A stretch of DNA of 64,000 nucleotides from Candidatus Micrarchaeota archaeon. GTDB taxonomy: Archaea > Micrarchaeota > Micrarchaeia > Norongarragalinales > Norongarragalinaceae. Location of the stretch: contig JACQQD010000012.1 in NCBI GenBank assembly GCA_016207165.1, forward strand, positions 69,803 through 133,802, in the 5' to 3' direction. Positions 1-8,341 of this stretch are shown here, in pieces. The translations under genes were made by a program, and so were the position numbers. A model generated the notes under the pieces. It was not told where the DNA came from and did not search any database. It worked only from the letters and a program-made list of their open reading frames with translations. Every line of letters starts with the position of its first letter. Position 1 is the stretch's first letter.

Positions 1-54
1 AGCCGTCCAAATCCTGAGGCGGGAAGAAAAAGAAGCGTCAAAGGGTTTTCGATT

Positions 55-480
55 CTAGAGCCGGTCTAGGAATTCATTGAGCGACAACGATTTGCAAAAG
101 GGCTTGGCCAACAACAAAAGCCGCCGGTCATTGCTTACCAGAACATCCAAGTGCTGACGGGCCAAGCAAACGTGCAGCCAATCATTCAAGCCCAGTTCAC
201 CGGAAAACTGTTTGTTCAAGCGAATCGCCCAATCCAAGTCTGAACGCGTTTCTCGGAGCACAGACAATTTTCCTGCGCTCCGGAAGGAATCAAGGTGGTG
301 CTGGAGCAGGAGCTTGGATTGCTCACCGCAGGCCAGTTGAATTTCTCTGAAACATATTTGAGAGGCGACAACCGAAAAACGACACGCAAGGCTCAATGCA
401 AAGAATTGGTCAACCTGTTGCTCGTTTCGTTCTCCCAACAAATAGGCTACGTAAATGTTGGCATCTGGGTAAACCTTCAT
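55..480 (-). CDS. vapC: PIN-domain ribonuclease (VapC-type toxin)
   Basis: 141 aa; N-terminal VYPDANI, FREI, LNDWLH and LVSND supply the four acidic PIN residues. Confidence 0.85.
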   Translation of the reverse strand: MKVYPDANIYVAYLLGERNEQQVDQFFALSLACRFSVVASQICFREIQLACGEQSKLLLQHHLDSFRSAGKLSVLRETRSDLDWAIRLNKQFSGELGLNDWLHVCLARQHLDVLVSNDRRLLLLAKPFCKSLSLNEFLDRL

Positions 481-559
481 TGATGTTCCATGCGCGGCGT
501 CCCAAACGGAAAACTAGGATGAGGCATAAAAACCCAAGGACGGGTCCTGGCCGGTGAAG

Positions 560-964
560 CTACAAAATGAAGGCGTGCACTTGCTTGACGCCCTTGGCTT
601 TCTTGACTTCGTGGTACAAGGCTTTCAAGCGAGAGGCGTTTCCTTCCGCCATGAGCACCTGGATGCAGGCGTTCTGGCTTTGCTGGTGCACGCTGGTGGA
701 CACTTCATCCTCAAAATCGTGCAACACATGATCCACGTCGTGCTCGTGGTGCTTGTCGTGGGATACCACGAAAACCACTTTGTGAAACCCATCCAGTTCG
801 TCGACGAGCTTGTATTCGTTCAAAAGAGCTTCCAAGCCGGCGCGCAACAATTTGGACCGGTTGGAAAAACCCAGTTTTTTCTGCATGGCGGAAAGCGCGG
901 TGAGCTGGCCAGCTGGCAGGGAAATGCTGAGCACCTCGGAATTGGGTTTGTTAAGTTGGGCCAC
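560..964 (-). CDS. NikR-like regulator (ribbon-helix-helix plus ACT-type metal-binding domain)
   Basis: LSISLP...GFSNRSKLLR RHH signature; C-terminal LHDF..SVH..C; GTG start with GGTGGT upstream; divergent from ZIP gene. Confidence 0.8.
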   Translation of the reverse strand: MAQLNKPNSEVLSISLPAGQLTALSAMQKKLGFSNRSKLLRAGLEALLNEYKLVDELDGFHKVVFVVSHDKHHEHDVDHVLHDFEDEVSTSVHQQSQNACIQVLMAEGNASRLKALYHEVKKAKGVKQVHAFIL

Positions 965-979
965 AAAAAACCACCATAA

Positions 980-1008
980 TTAATAATTTTATAACCAATA
1001 TTTATTAA
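980..1008. promoter_or_regulatory. Inverted repeat TTAATAA-N15-TTATTAA in the divergent promoter, candidate NikR-type operator
   Basis: Perfect 7-bp half-sites at 980-986 and 1002-1008 in the AT-rich gap between the regulator and the ZIP gene. Confidence 0.5.
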
Positions 1009-1030
1009 CCCCGCCTTGAATGGAATTGCC

Positions 1031-1798
1031 ATGGTTCTGGAGTACATCTTGGCTGGCACCGTGGCTGTGGGTCTGGTGTCGTTGCTCGGCACGCTGGCGT
1101 TCAAAATAGGGGAAAAGCACTTGGAGCGGCTATTGTTTGTTTCCGTGAGTTTTGCCACCGGCGCGCTCTTGGGCGCCGCGTTTTTGGATCTGTTGCCGGA
1201 AGCCCTGGAGCAAGTTCCTGTCGCAAGCGGGCTGCTCTTGGTGCTGGGCGGCGTCTTGGCTTTTTTCACGTTCGAGAAGTTTATGTGGCACCACCACCAT
1301 GCCAGCCACCACCCGGAAAAAGGCAAGGCCAAAGCCGCCAAGGAAAAACCGTTGGGCTACCTGACGCTGGCTGGCAGCCTGACGCACAATTTTTTCGACG
1401 GCGTGGCCATTGCCGCCGCATTCTTGGTGGACGTCCCGTTGGGCATCGCCACCACGTTGGCCATTGCCCTGCACGAAATCCCGCACGAGTTGGGCGACGT
1501 GGGCCTGTTATTGTACAGCGGGTTCTCGCTTCAAAGAGCCACGTTGTTCAACCTGGCTACCGGGTTGACATCGGTGGCCGGCGGCGTGGCCTTCTTTTTG
1601 TTCGCTCCACACGTAAGCCAACTGGAAGCATACGCGCTGGCGTTCACGGGCGGCACGTTCATTTACATTGCCGCGGCGGACTTGGTTCCGGAACTGCACA
1701 AGGAACACCACGGCCTTCGTTCCGTTGCGCAATTGGCCTTCATTCTGTTGGGCGTCGGCGTGATCTGGACAGTCGGCGTGCTGTTGGGGCACAGCTGA
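1031..1798 (+). CDS. zupT: ZIP-family divalent metal transporter
   Basis: HNFFDG and HEIPHELGD motifs, His-rich loop HHHHASHH, multiple TM helices; ATG 1031 chosen. Confidence 0.92.
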   Translation: MVLEYILAGTVAVGLVSLLGTLAFKIGEKHLERLLFVSVSFATGALLGAAFLDLLPEALEQVPVASGLLLVLGGVLAFFTFEKFMWHHHHASHHPEKGKAKAAKEKPLGYLTLAGSLTHNFFDGVAIAAAFLVDVPLGIATTLAIALHEIPHELGDVGLLLYSGFSLQRATLFNLATGLTSVAGGVAFFLFAPHVSQLEAYALAFTGGTFIYIAAADLVPELHKEHHGLRSVAQLAFILLGVGVIWTVGVLLGHS

Positions 1799-1858
1799 AA
1801 CCCGCCGGCAGAAGAACACCAAAACGCATTAGAACAACAAGATTCGCCAAGCAAGAAC

Positions 1859-2455
1859 ATGAAACCCTTGAACGACGAGTTGTTGTGGAAAGGCGCGCCT
1901 TTCCTGGTCTTCGCCGCCTTCCTGGCGTTCTACGCTCTGACGCAGCCGTCGATTTCCTCCACCCGCATCTTCAGCAAGGCGTTTGCCGCCTCGGCGGTGA
2001 TCGTGTTGAGCGCCAGCATCGGAATGACGGGGGTTGCCAAGGTTTGGCCGAAACACCGAAAAGGACTGGAACACCGAAAAAGCTGGGGAGTGGTCGGATT
2101 TGTTTTTGCTTTTTCGCACGCCGCATTGGCGTTTTCCGACCCGCTCCTGTTTTTGCCGGAACTGGCGTCGTCACGGCAGAACGTGCGCATCGGGTTGATG
2201 GCGTTGGTGATTTTTGCGGCGTTGGCCGTGACTTCCACGCGCTTCGCGGAAAAGGCGCTGGGAAAAAACTGGAAGAGAATCCAGCGCGCCGGATACGTGG
2301 CCTTGGCGCTCGTGTTAGCGGATGTGTTGGTGCTTGGAGACGGCACATTCGTGAAAACGCCGATCGGATTGGTGCTGGCGTTTGCGGCGTTGGGCGGCCT
2401 GGTGCTGGGCGTGCGCGGCTGGTTCGAAAGGGACCGTGGTTTTCGCGAGCTTTAA
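1859..2455 (+). CDS. Ferric reductase-like transmembrane protein (MsrQ/YedZ family), paralog 1
   Basis: RKSWG..F.F...H and LAVTS....KALGKNWKRIQR.GY motifs. Confidence 0.75.
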   Translation: MKPLNDELLWKGAPFLVFAAFLAFYALTQPSISSTRIFSKAFAASAVIVLSASIGMTGVAKVWPKHRKGLEHRKSWGVVGFVFAFSHAALAFSDPLLFLPELASSRQNVRIGLMALVIFAALAVTSTRFAEKALGKNWKRIQRAGYVALALVLADVLVLGDGTFVKTPIGLVLAFAALGGLVLGVRGWFERDRGFREL

Positions 2456-2480
2456 ATGCCGGGAACGCATCCAGTGTATT

Positions 2481-3173
2481 ATGCCGCAAACCCAGTACGT
2501 CGAGAAAACCAAGTGGTGGGGGGCTCTTGGAATCGCGATTGCCACGTTCTTGGCGTTGTACTTGTACTTTGACGCGGGCTTGGACCCCAAATTGTTGAAC
2601 AAGGTCTACGCGCTTCACGCCGCAACACTCTTGACCCTGACGTTTCTGATCGGTTCCCTCTCGCGTTTCTGGCCGAAAATATTCAACCGCTATAAGTCGT
2701 ACCGGAAAGCCTTGGGCCTGTACGGTTTTCTGATGGCCGCCGGCCACGTGTACACCGTTCTGGTACCCTTGGGCAAAAGCCCCAGCGGCTACCAGGCGTT
2801 GGCGGGGTGGGCCGCGTTCGCCGTGTTTTTGGTCATGGCAATCACGTCGAATGCGAAGACCGCCAAGCGATTGGGGTACGGGTTGTGGAAACGCATCCAA
2901 TTGGTTGGCTACGCCGCCTTGTTGCTGGTGGGCGTCCACTTTTTTCTCGTGGAAACAAGAACCGGTGTTTTGAACCTCAACAGCATGCAAATCGTGGTGC
3001 TGGCCTTGGTTTTGTTGGCCGTGGTTTTGCGCATCGCCGCGTTCATAGCCGGCCCGCGTCAAAAGTTCACTTCGTACTACGACCACTTCAACGGCGAGGA
3101 CGGAGAAGCACCCAACGTCAAGCCCACCGCTGGAAAAACAGCGAAAAAGAAAACCAGAAAAAAGAAGCCCTAA
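2481..3173 (+). CDS. Ferric reductase-like transmembrane protein (MsrQ/YedZ family), paralog 2
   Basis: RKALGL.GF...H, MAITS.....RLG...WKRIQ..GY.......H motifs; ATG 2481. Confidence 0.8.
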   Translation: MPQTQYVEKTKWWGALGIAIATFLALYLYFDAGLDPKLLNKVYALHAATLLTLTFLIGSLSRFWPKIFNRYKSYRKALGLYGFLMAAGHVYTVLVPLGKSPSGYQALAGWAAFAVFLVMAITSNAKTAKRLGYGLWKRIQLVGYAALLLVGVHFFLVETRTGVLNLNSMQIVVLALVLLAVVLRIAAFIAGPRQKFTSYYDHFNGEDGEAPNVKPTAGKTAKKKTRKKKP

Positions 3174-3538
3174 CTATTCGCAGCGACTTTGGCGCCGTTG
3201 CGGTCAAAATACGCCTTGAGTTCCGCTTTTTGGGTCAAGCCCTCCAAGCGTTCGCCTTGGCCGTTGTCGGCGACGAACGTCGGCGTGCCCGTAATGCCGT
3301 ACTGTTGCCACAACGCGGGCTGGGCGTTTAAATCCACGAGCTTGACGCGGTAGCCTTCCAACGCCAAGTCCTCCAAAATGGGTTTCTGCTGCTGGCAGAA
3401 GTGGCAGTCGTCGCGATAAAAGTACCACACCGGCGACTGGTCGGAGGCAAACTTGGACGCGCCGCCCGCCACACTCAAGGCGATGCCGGCCACGACGATG
3501 ACGGCGATGACGCCGAGCAAAATTATTTTTCCGTTCAT
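3170..3538 (-). CDS. Membrane-anchored thioredoxin-like protein
   Basis: N-terminal hydrophobic helix, CHFC active site, GTPTF cis-Pro loop. Confidence 0.85.
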   Translation of the reverse strand: MNGKIILLGVIAVIVVAGIALSVAGGASKFASDQSPVWYFYRDDCHFCQQQKPILEDLALEGYRVKLVDLNAQPALWQQYGITGTPTFVADNGQGERLEGLTQKAELKAYFDRNGAKVAANS

Positions 3539-3578
3539 AAGGTTTTCTTTCCTCCAAGACATGCTTTAAGGATTTCGA

Positions 3579-4511
3579 TTAACTCAAAACGCCTTCCGGT
3601 GGAGGGCACGCACCGCCCGTGGCGCCGTTTTCCGGGGTTTTGCCGGCCAGCGCGTCTTGAAACGCGGCCACACTTTGGGGGCCCACCAGCGTCACGTTGC
3701 CAAAGAAAAACGTGGGCGTGCCGTAAATGCCTGCCGCTTTTCCGGCGGAAACGTCGGCATCCAGACGTTGCTGTACGCGTGGGGAATCCAGGCACGCGTT
3801 AAAGGCGGAAACGTCCAATCCCAATCCATCCGCCAAGGCCACCAGGTTCTCGCGGTCGTGGTTGGGTTGCGCGTCAAACAAGGCATCGTGCATGGGCCAG
3901 AACGCGTTTTGCTCGTCGGCGCAGAAAGCGGCTTTCGCCGCCCAGTCGCTGTTTTCATGCGAAGGAATGGGAAGCACGCGGAACTCAAGTCGGACTTCCG
4001 GATGTGAAGCCAAGAATTCCTTGAGCGCGGGCTGGGTTTTCTTGGTGTACGGACACGAAAAACATCCTACTTCAAGCAACGCCGCCGAGCCGTTGCCCAG
4101 AGTCGGCCCCACGCCGGGGGCGATGGGTTTGAGTTGCGACGCGTCGGCATTGGCGCCCAACACCGCGTCAAACACGCAGAACGCCGAAGAGTCGGGTCCG
4201 TTGCAGTTGCCAAACGCCACGTAGTTGTACACCGAAAACGCGGAATACGCCAAACTGGCGAAAAACAGGAGTGTGAAGGCCACGGAAAGCAGTTGAAAGT
4301 TTTTGTTCAAAACCCGCGCCAAACCCGGGGAGACTTTCAGGACGCCCACCACGACTTGACCTTTCAGGCGCGTGTCAAAGCCCGTCTGGCAGGGACGAAG
4401 CGTGGCGGTTCGCGCCACGCAGTCCAAGGCTTCCTTGGCCAAAACGCGGTACTTGGCCGAGAAAATCCCCAGAACCCCGAAAACGATGAGGGCGACAAAG
4501 CAGAGAACCAT
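3579..4511 (-). CDS. DsbA-family thioredoxin-fold protein with Cys-rich N-terminal membrane domain
   Basis: CFSCPYT, AAFCADEQNAFWPMHDALF and GIYGTPTFF motifs. Confidence 0.85.
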   Translation of the reverse strand: MVLCFVALIVFGVLGIFSAKYRVLAKEALDCVARTATLRPCQTGFDTRLKGQVVVGVLKVSPGLARVLNKNFQLLSVAFTLLFFASLAYSAFSVYNYVAFGNCNGPDSSAFCVFDAVLGANADASQLKPIAPGVGPTLGNGSAALLEVGCFSCPYTKKTQPALKEFLASHPEVRLEFRVLPIPSHENSDWAAKAAFCADEQNAFWPMHDALFDAQPNHDRENLVALADGLGLDVSAFNACLDSPRVQQRLDADVSAGKAAGIYGTPTFFFGNVTLVGPQSVAAFQDALAGKTPENGATGGACPPPEGVLS

Positions 4512-4577
4512 TCAGTAAACCCTGGAACAACAAGAAATGGAGGAAACCGCCTTTTATCCGTAACGGCGTTACGGCGT

Positions 4578-4672
4578 TATAGCAAGACCGGCAAATTTCA
4601 CGACGAATAGGCTGGTCTTGCTAGACAGCAAACCAAGACTATCGGCTTGGGAAACTTTCTTGGTTTGCTGTA
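4578..4672. repeat. Two abutting palindromic elements (TAGCAAGACC/GGTCTTGCTA and ACAGCAAACCAAGA/TCTTGGTTTGCTGT)
   Basis: 10-bp IR at 4580-4589/4614-4623 and 14-bp IR at 4625-4638/4658-4671; second element recurs at 35507-35553. Confidence 0.8.
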
Positions 4673-4753
4673 ACCCACGCCCAAACCGCGTTACCCAAAC
4701 AAGGCGAACGTTAAAAACCGTCCAGCGCCCTAAACGTATTCAGGTAAACATTC

Positions 4754-5194
4754 ATGCTGTTTTTGGCAAGCGACCACGCAGGCTTTGCCTTGAAAGAACG
4801 CCTCACCGCCCATTTACGCAAAAAAGGCGTCGCCTTCAAGGACTTGGGCACCCACTCGGAGGATTCCGTCGACTACCCGGATTTTGCGTTTGCGTTGGGC
4901 CAACACGTCGCCAAGTCCCCGGAAAACCGGGGCATCGGAATATGCGGAACCGGCATAGGCATCTGCATGGCGGCCAACAAGATACCCGGCATCCGGGCCG
5001 CCATGGTGTACAGCCTGGAGACGGCCAAACTGGCGCGCCAACACAACGACGCCAACGTGGCCTGTTTCGGTGGCCGCACCCAAAAACCCGCGGACGTAGT
5101 CAAGTGGATGGACGCGTTTCTTTCCACGCCACCCGATTCCGCAAAACGCCACCACCGCCGCGCCGAAAAAGTCACGCGCGCCCAACCAAGGTAA
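4754..5194 (+). CDS. rpiB: Ribose-5-phosphate isomerase B
   Basis: ASDHAG, VDYPD, ICGTGIG, ARQHNDAN motifs. Confidence 0.96.
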   Translation: MLFLASDHAGFALKERLTAHLRKKGVAFKDLGTHSEDSVDYPDFAFALGQHVAKSPENRGIGICGTGIGICMAANKIPGIRAAMVYSLETAKLARQHNDANVACFGGRTQKPADVVKWMDAFLSTPPDSAKRHHRRAEKVTRAQPR

Positions 5195-5844
5195 TGTTCA
5201 TGAAGACCTGGATTTGCCCGTCCCTGTTGGGAACCGACGAAAAAAACACGTTGCCGTGGGTGGAAAAACTGGATGGAAAAGTCGACGCGTTCCACGTGGA
5301 CGTCATGGACAACCAGTTCGTGCCCAATTACACGCTGGACCGCTTTGCGCCACCGTTCATTTCGCAACTTCGAACCGTTTCCGAAAAACACGTGCACCTC
5401 ATGACGGAAATCCCGTCCAAGTACTACAACGCGTACTTTGAAGCCGGTGCCACGTTGTTGGTCTTCCACCACGAAGCCGTGAAAAACCCGATCATTGAAA
5501 TCAACGCCGTCCACAACTTTGGCCTGAAAGCCGGCGTGGCGTTAAAGCCAAAGACGCCCACCGACGTTCTGGAAGACTACATCCACAACGTGGACTGCGT
5601 GCTGGTCATGACCGTCGAGCCCGGCTTTGGAGGCCAGGCCTTCATGCCGGACATGCTGGACAAAATCCGTGAACTTCGCGAGAAACACGCTTCCCTGGAC
5701 ATCATGGTGGACGGCGGCATCAACCTGGAAACCGGCAAAACGTGTTTGGAGGCCGGAGCCAACATGCTGGTCGCCGGCAACGGCATTTTTAATTCGAAAA
5801 ACGTCATGCATACTGTGGAACAATTCAACGCGTTAAAGGAGTGA
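5194..5844 (+). CDS. rpe: Ribulose-phosphate 3-epimerase
   Basis: [25 protein letters not shown]; ATG overlaps rpiB stop (TAATG). Confidence 0.95.
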   Translation: MFMKTWICPSLLGTDEKNTLPWVEKLDGKVDAFHVDVMDNQFVPNYTLDRFAPPFISQLRTVSEKHVHLMTEIPSKYYNAYFEAGATLLVFHHEAVKNPIIEINAVHNFGLKAGVALKPKTPTDVLEDYIHNVDCVLVMTVEPGFGGQAFMPDMLDKIRELREKHASLDIMVDGGINLETGKTCLEAGANMLVAGNGIFNSKNVMHTVEQFNALKE

Positions 5845-5849
5845 TTTCC

Positions 5850-6494
5850 GTGAAATTCTTTTTGGACACCGCCATGGTTGACGAAATCAAGACGGCCAAC
5901 GATTGGGGCATCCTGGATGGCGTGACGACCAACCCGTCGCTCGTCTACAAGTCCGCCCGGCCGTTTAAAGAAGTGGTCAAGGAGATCGCATCGATTGTCA
6001 ACGGGCCCGTGTCCGCTGAAGTGACGACGCTTACGGCGCCGGAAATGGTCAAGCAAGGATTGGAACTGTCGAAAATCGCGGACAACATCTTCGTCAAGCT
6101 GCCTACAACGACCGAGGGCGTGAAAGCCTGCAAGGCGTTGTCAGCCAAAAAAATCCCCATCAACGCCACCCTCATTTTTTCCGCCTCCCAGGCCTTGATC
6201 ATGGCGAAAGCCGGTGCATCGTTTGTTTCGCCGTTCATCGGGCGGTTGGACGACGTTTCCGAAGACGGCATGCAATTGATCCGCGACATCCGCCAAATTT
6301 ACGACAACTACGACATTCAAACCGAAATCCTTACCGCCTCGGTGCGCCACCCCATGCACGTGGTTGAAGCCGCCAAGATTGGGTCGGACATCGCCACCAT
6401 GCCGTTTAAAGTCATGGAACAACTCTTCCACCACCCCTTGACGGACATCGGCTTGGACAAGTTCATGGCGGATTTCAAAAAGAGCAAGGCGTGA
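5850..6494 (+). CDS. tal: Transaldolase / fructose-6-phosphate aldolase (TalC type)
   Basis: [35 protein letters not shown]; GTG start after AAGGAGTGA. Confidence 0.95.
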   Translation: MKFFLDTAMVDEIKTANDWGILDGVTTNPSLVYKSARPFKEVVKEIASIVNGPVSAEVTTLTAPEMVKQGLELSKIADNIFVKLPTTTEGVKACKALSAKKIPINATLIFSASQALIMAKAGASFVSPFIGRLDDVSEDGMQLIRDIRQIYDNYDIQTEILTASVRHPMHVVEAAKIGSDIATMPFKVMEQLFHHPLTDIGLDKFMADFKKSKA

Positions 6495-6500
6495 ATTGAA

Positions 6501-7079
6501 TTGGAAAGTGTTCCACTGCTTTCGCGAAAGGCGTTGGCGCACTGCGAAAAAACGGCGGAGGCATTGGGCAAACATTTGCAATCGGGCCAAACGGTTCAGC
6601 ACACCAATTATCCCAACCCCGAACAAAGCGATTTTGATTCTCCCAACGTAGTGAACATGCATTTTCCTGAATCACAAAACCGGGAAGAATTCGGAGAAAT
6701 AAAGTCGGGCGTAAGAAAAGTCCTGGAACGACACGGCTTTGAATTCGTCTTGGACGAAAGGATGCCGTCAATCATGGACGCCATGATTCAAGCGCTTGGA
6801 ATCAAAGACATCCAAGAAGCCGTGCAAGGCCGCCCCGGCGGAGAATTGTTCGCGCGGTTCATGTCGGGTCCAGAAGAGCGAAGGATCCTATTTCTGCACC
6901 GGGAACACCCCGTTGGCGTCCAGATTGAAACGCACAAGGCGTTTTACGGGCCAAGCCCGATCCTGCGAATCACGTTCATCCATGGACAAAAAGTCCAAGA
7001 AGAACAAGGCACAACGTGGCAACCCATCAACTTCGTCCCGAAAGCCATCCGAAAACTGCGGCAAACTATTCTTGGCTGA
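6501..7079 (+). CDS. Hypothetical protein
   Basis: 192-aa ORF filling the gap after tal; no motif recognised. Confidence 0.6.
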   Translation: MESVPLLSRKALAHCEKTAEALGKHLQSGQTVQHTNYPNPEQSDFDSPNVVNMHFPESQNREEFGEIKSGVRKVLERHGFEFVLDERMPSIMDAMIQALGIKDIQEAVQGRPGGELFARFMSGPEERRILFLHREHPVGVQIETHKAFYGPSPILRITFIHGQKVQEEQGTTWQPINFVPKAIRKLRQTILG

Positions 7080-7085
7080 AGAAAA

Positions 7086-7187
7086 TCAAACAAACGGATT
7101 GACGGCCAAAATTCCAGGAATCTTGGCGAAGTCATCCGCGTTTTCCGTGTAGATGGTGTCGACTCCGTTTTCCATCATGGCGGCGGC
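7086..7187 (-). pseudogene. C-terminal relic of a PIN/VapC toxin
   Basis: Minus strand reads AAAMMENGVDTIYTENADDFAKIPGILAVNPFV*, typical of a PIN C-terminus; N-terminal ~100 aa absent. Confidence 0.75.
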
Positions 7188-7415
7188 TTAACCTTTCTCG
7201 GAACTCCGAAGGGCAAGCTGTTTTTCAAAATTCCGTTTTATTCGCTCAGTACGCCGGGCCTCACGTTTTTCTTTCTCCAAGTAATCGATGTACCAAAGCA
7301 TTATTTCGCTGGCGGTCTTGACCATGAACCCTTTGCTTCTGCCGTAGCGGCGTTTCGCCTCTTTTTCAAGAAGGCGACGGGTTCTGGAGTTCAGCTTTAA
7401 GTAGACTCGGGGCAT
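7188..7415 (-). CDS. Small basic RHH-like protein, probable antitoxin
   Basis: 75 aa; beta-strand then helix pattern (VYLKLN...LLEKEAKRRYG..KG); directly upstream of the PIN relic. Confidence 0.6.
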   Translation of the reverse strand: MPRVYLKLNSRTRRLLEKEAKRRYGRSKGFMVKTASEIMLWYIDYLEKEKREARRTERIKRNFEKQLALRSSEKG

Positions 7416-7486
7416 GCAAAACCAAAAGCAAAACAAGTATTAATAATCGCGGTTCAATACGGCTAGCTCCAACTAGACTGAATGCC

Positions 7487-8341
7487 ATGGACAAGAAAAA
7501 AATCCACGAACTAAAGCTTAAGGCCAACACGCTGCGCCAAGACGTGATCACCACCTTGTTGGCGGCCGGAGCCGGCCACACCGGAGGCCCGTTGGGAATG
7601 GCCGACGTGTTTTCCGCGTTGTATTTCCACTTTGTCAAGCACGACCCCAAGAAACCGCATTGGGACGGACGCGACCGGGTGGTTTTGTCCAATGGCCACA
7701 TCTGCGCCATCTTGTATTGCGCCTTGGCGGAATCCGGTTACTTGCCAAAAGAAGAACTCAAGACGTTTCGGAAAATCAATTCACGGCTTCAAGGCCACCC
7801 CAACCGAAGCGACTTGCCGGGAGTGGAGACTTCGGCGGGAAGCTTGGGCCAAGGCATTTGTGTCGCAGTTGGAATGGCGTTGGCCGGGAAGCTGGACAAG
7901 AAGCCGCACACCGTGTACGCGCTCATGGGCGACGGGGAACTCAACGAAGGCGCGTGCTGGGAAGCATTCCTGAATGCGCACAAGTTCAAACTCGACAATT
8001 TGCTGGTCATGGTGGACCGAAACGACATTCAAATCGACGGCTTTGGCCACGACGTATTGCCGTTGGACCCGTTGCCAGACAAGTTCAAAGCCTTCGGGTT
8101 TGACGTTTTTGAAGGAAACGGCAACGACATGGAGCAAGTGGTGAAAACAACGGAGAAGGCGCTGAAAACCAAGAACGGCAAACCCCGCGTCATTTTGTGG
8201 AGAACAACGATGGGAAAAGGCGTGGACTTCATGGAGAATTTGCCCAAATGGCACGGCATTCCGCCGACCCAAGAGCAAGCCGACGAAGCCCTCAAGCAAC
8301 TGCGAGCGCAACGAACAAAACTGGAGGCGGAAAAGCCGTGA
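7487..8341 (+). CDS. tkt: Transketolase, N-terminal (TPP-binding) subunit
   Basis: GHTGG, LSNGH, LQGHP, GSLGQG, GDGELNEG motifs. Confidence 0.96.
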   Translation: MDKKKIHELKLKANTLRQDVITTLLAAGAGHTGGPLGMADVFSALYFHFVKHDPKKPHWDGRDRVVLSNGHICAILYCALAESGYLPKEELKTFRKINSRLQGHPNRSDLPGVETSAGSLGQGICVAVGMALAGKLDKKPHTVYALMGDGELNEGACWEAFLNAHKFKLDNLLVMVDRNDIQIDGFGHDVLPLDPLPDKFKAFGFDVFEGNGNDMEQVVKTTEKALKTKNGKPRVILWRTTMGKGVDFMENLPKWHGIPPTQEQADEALKQLRAQRTKLEAEKP

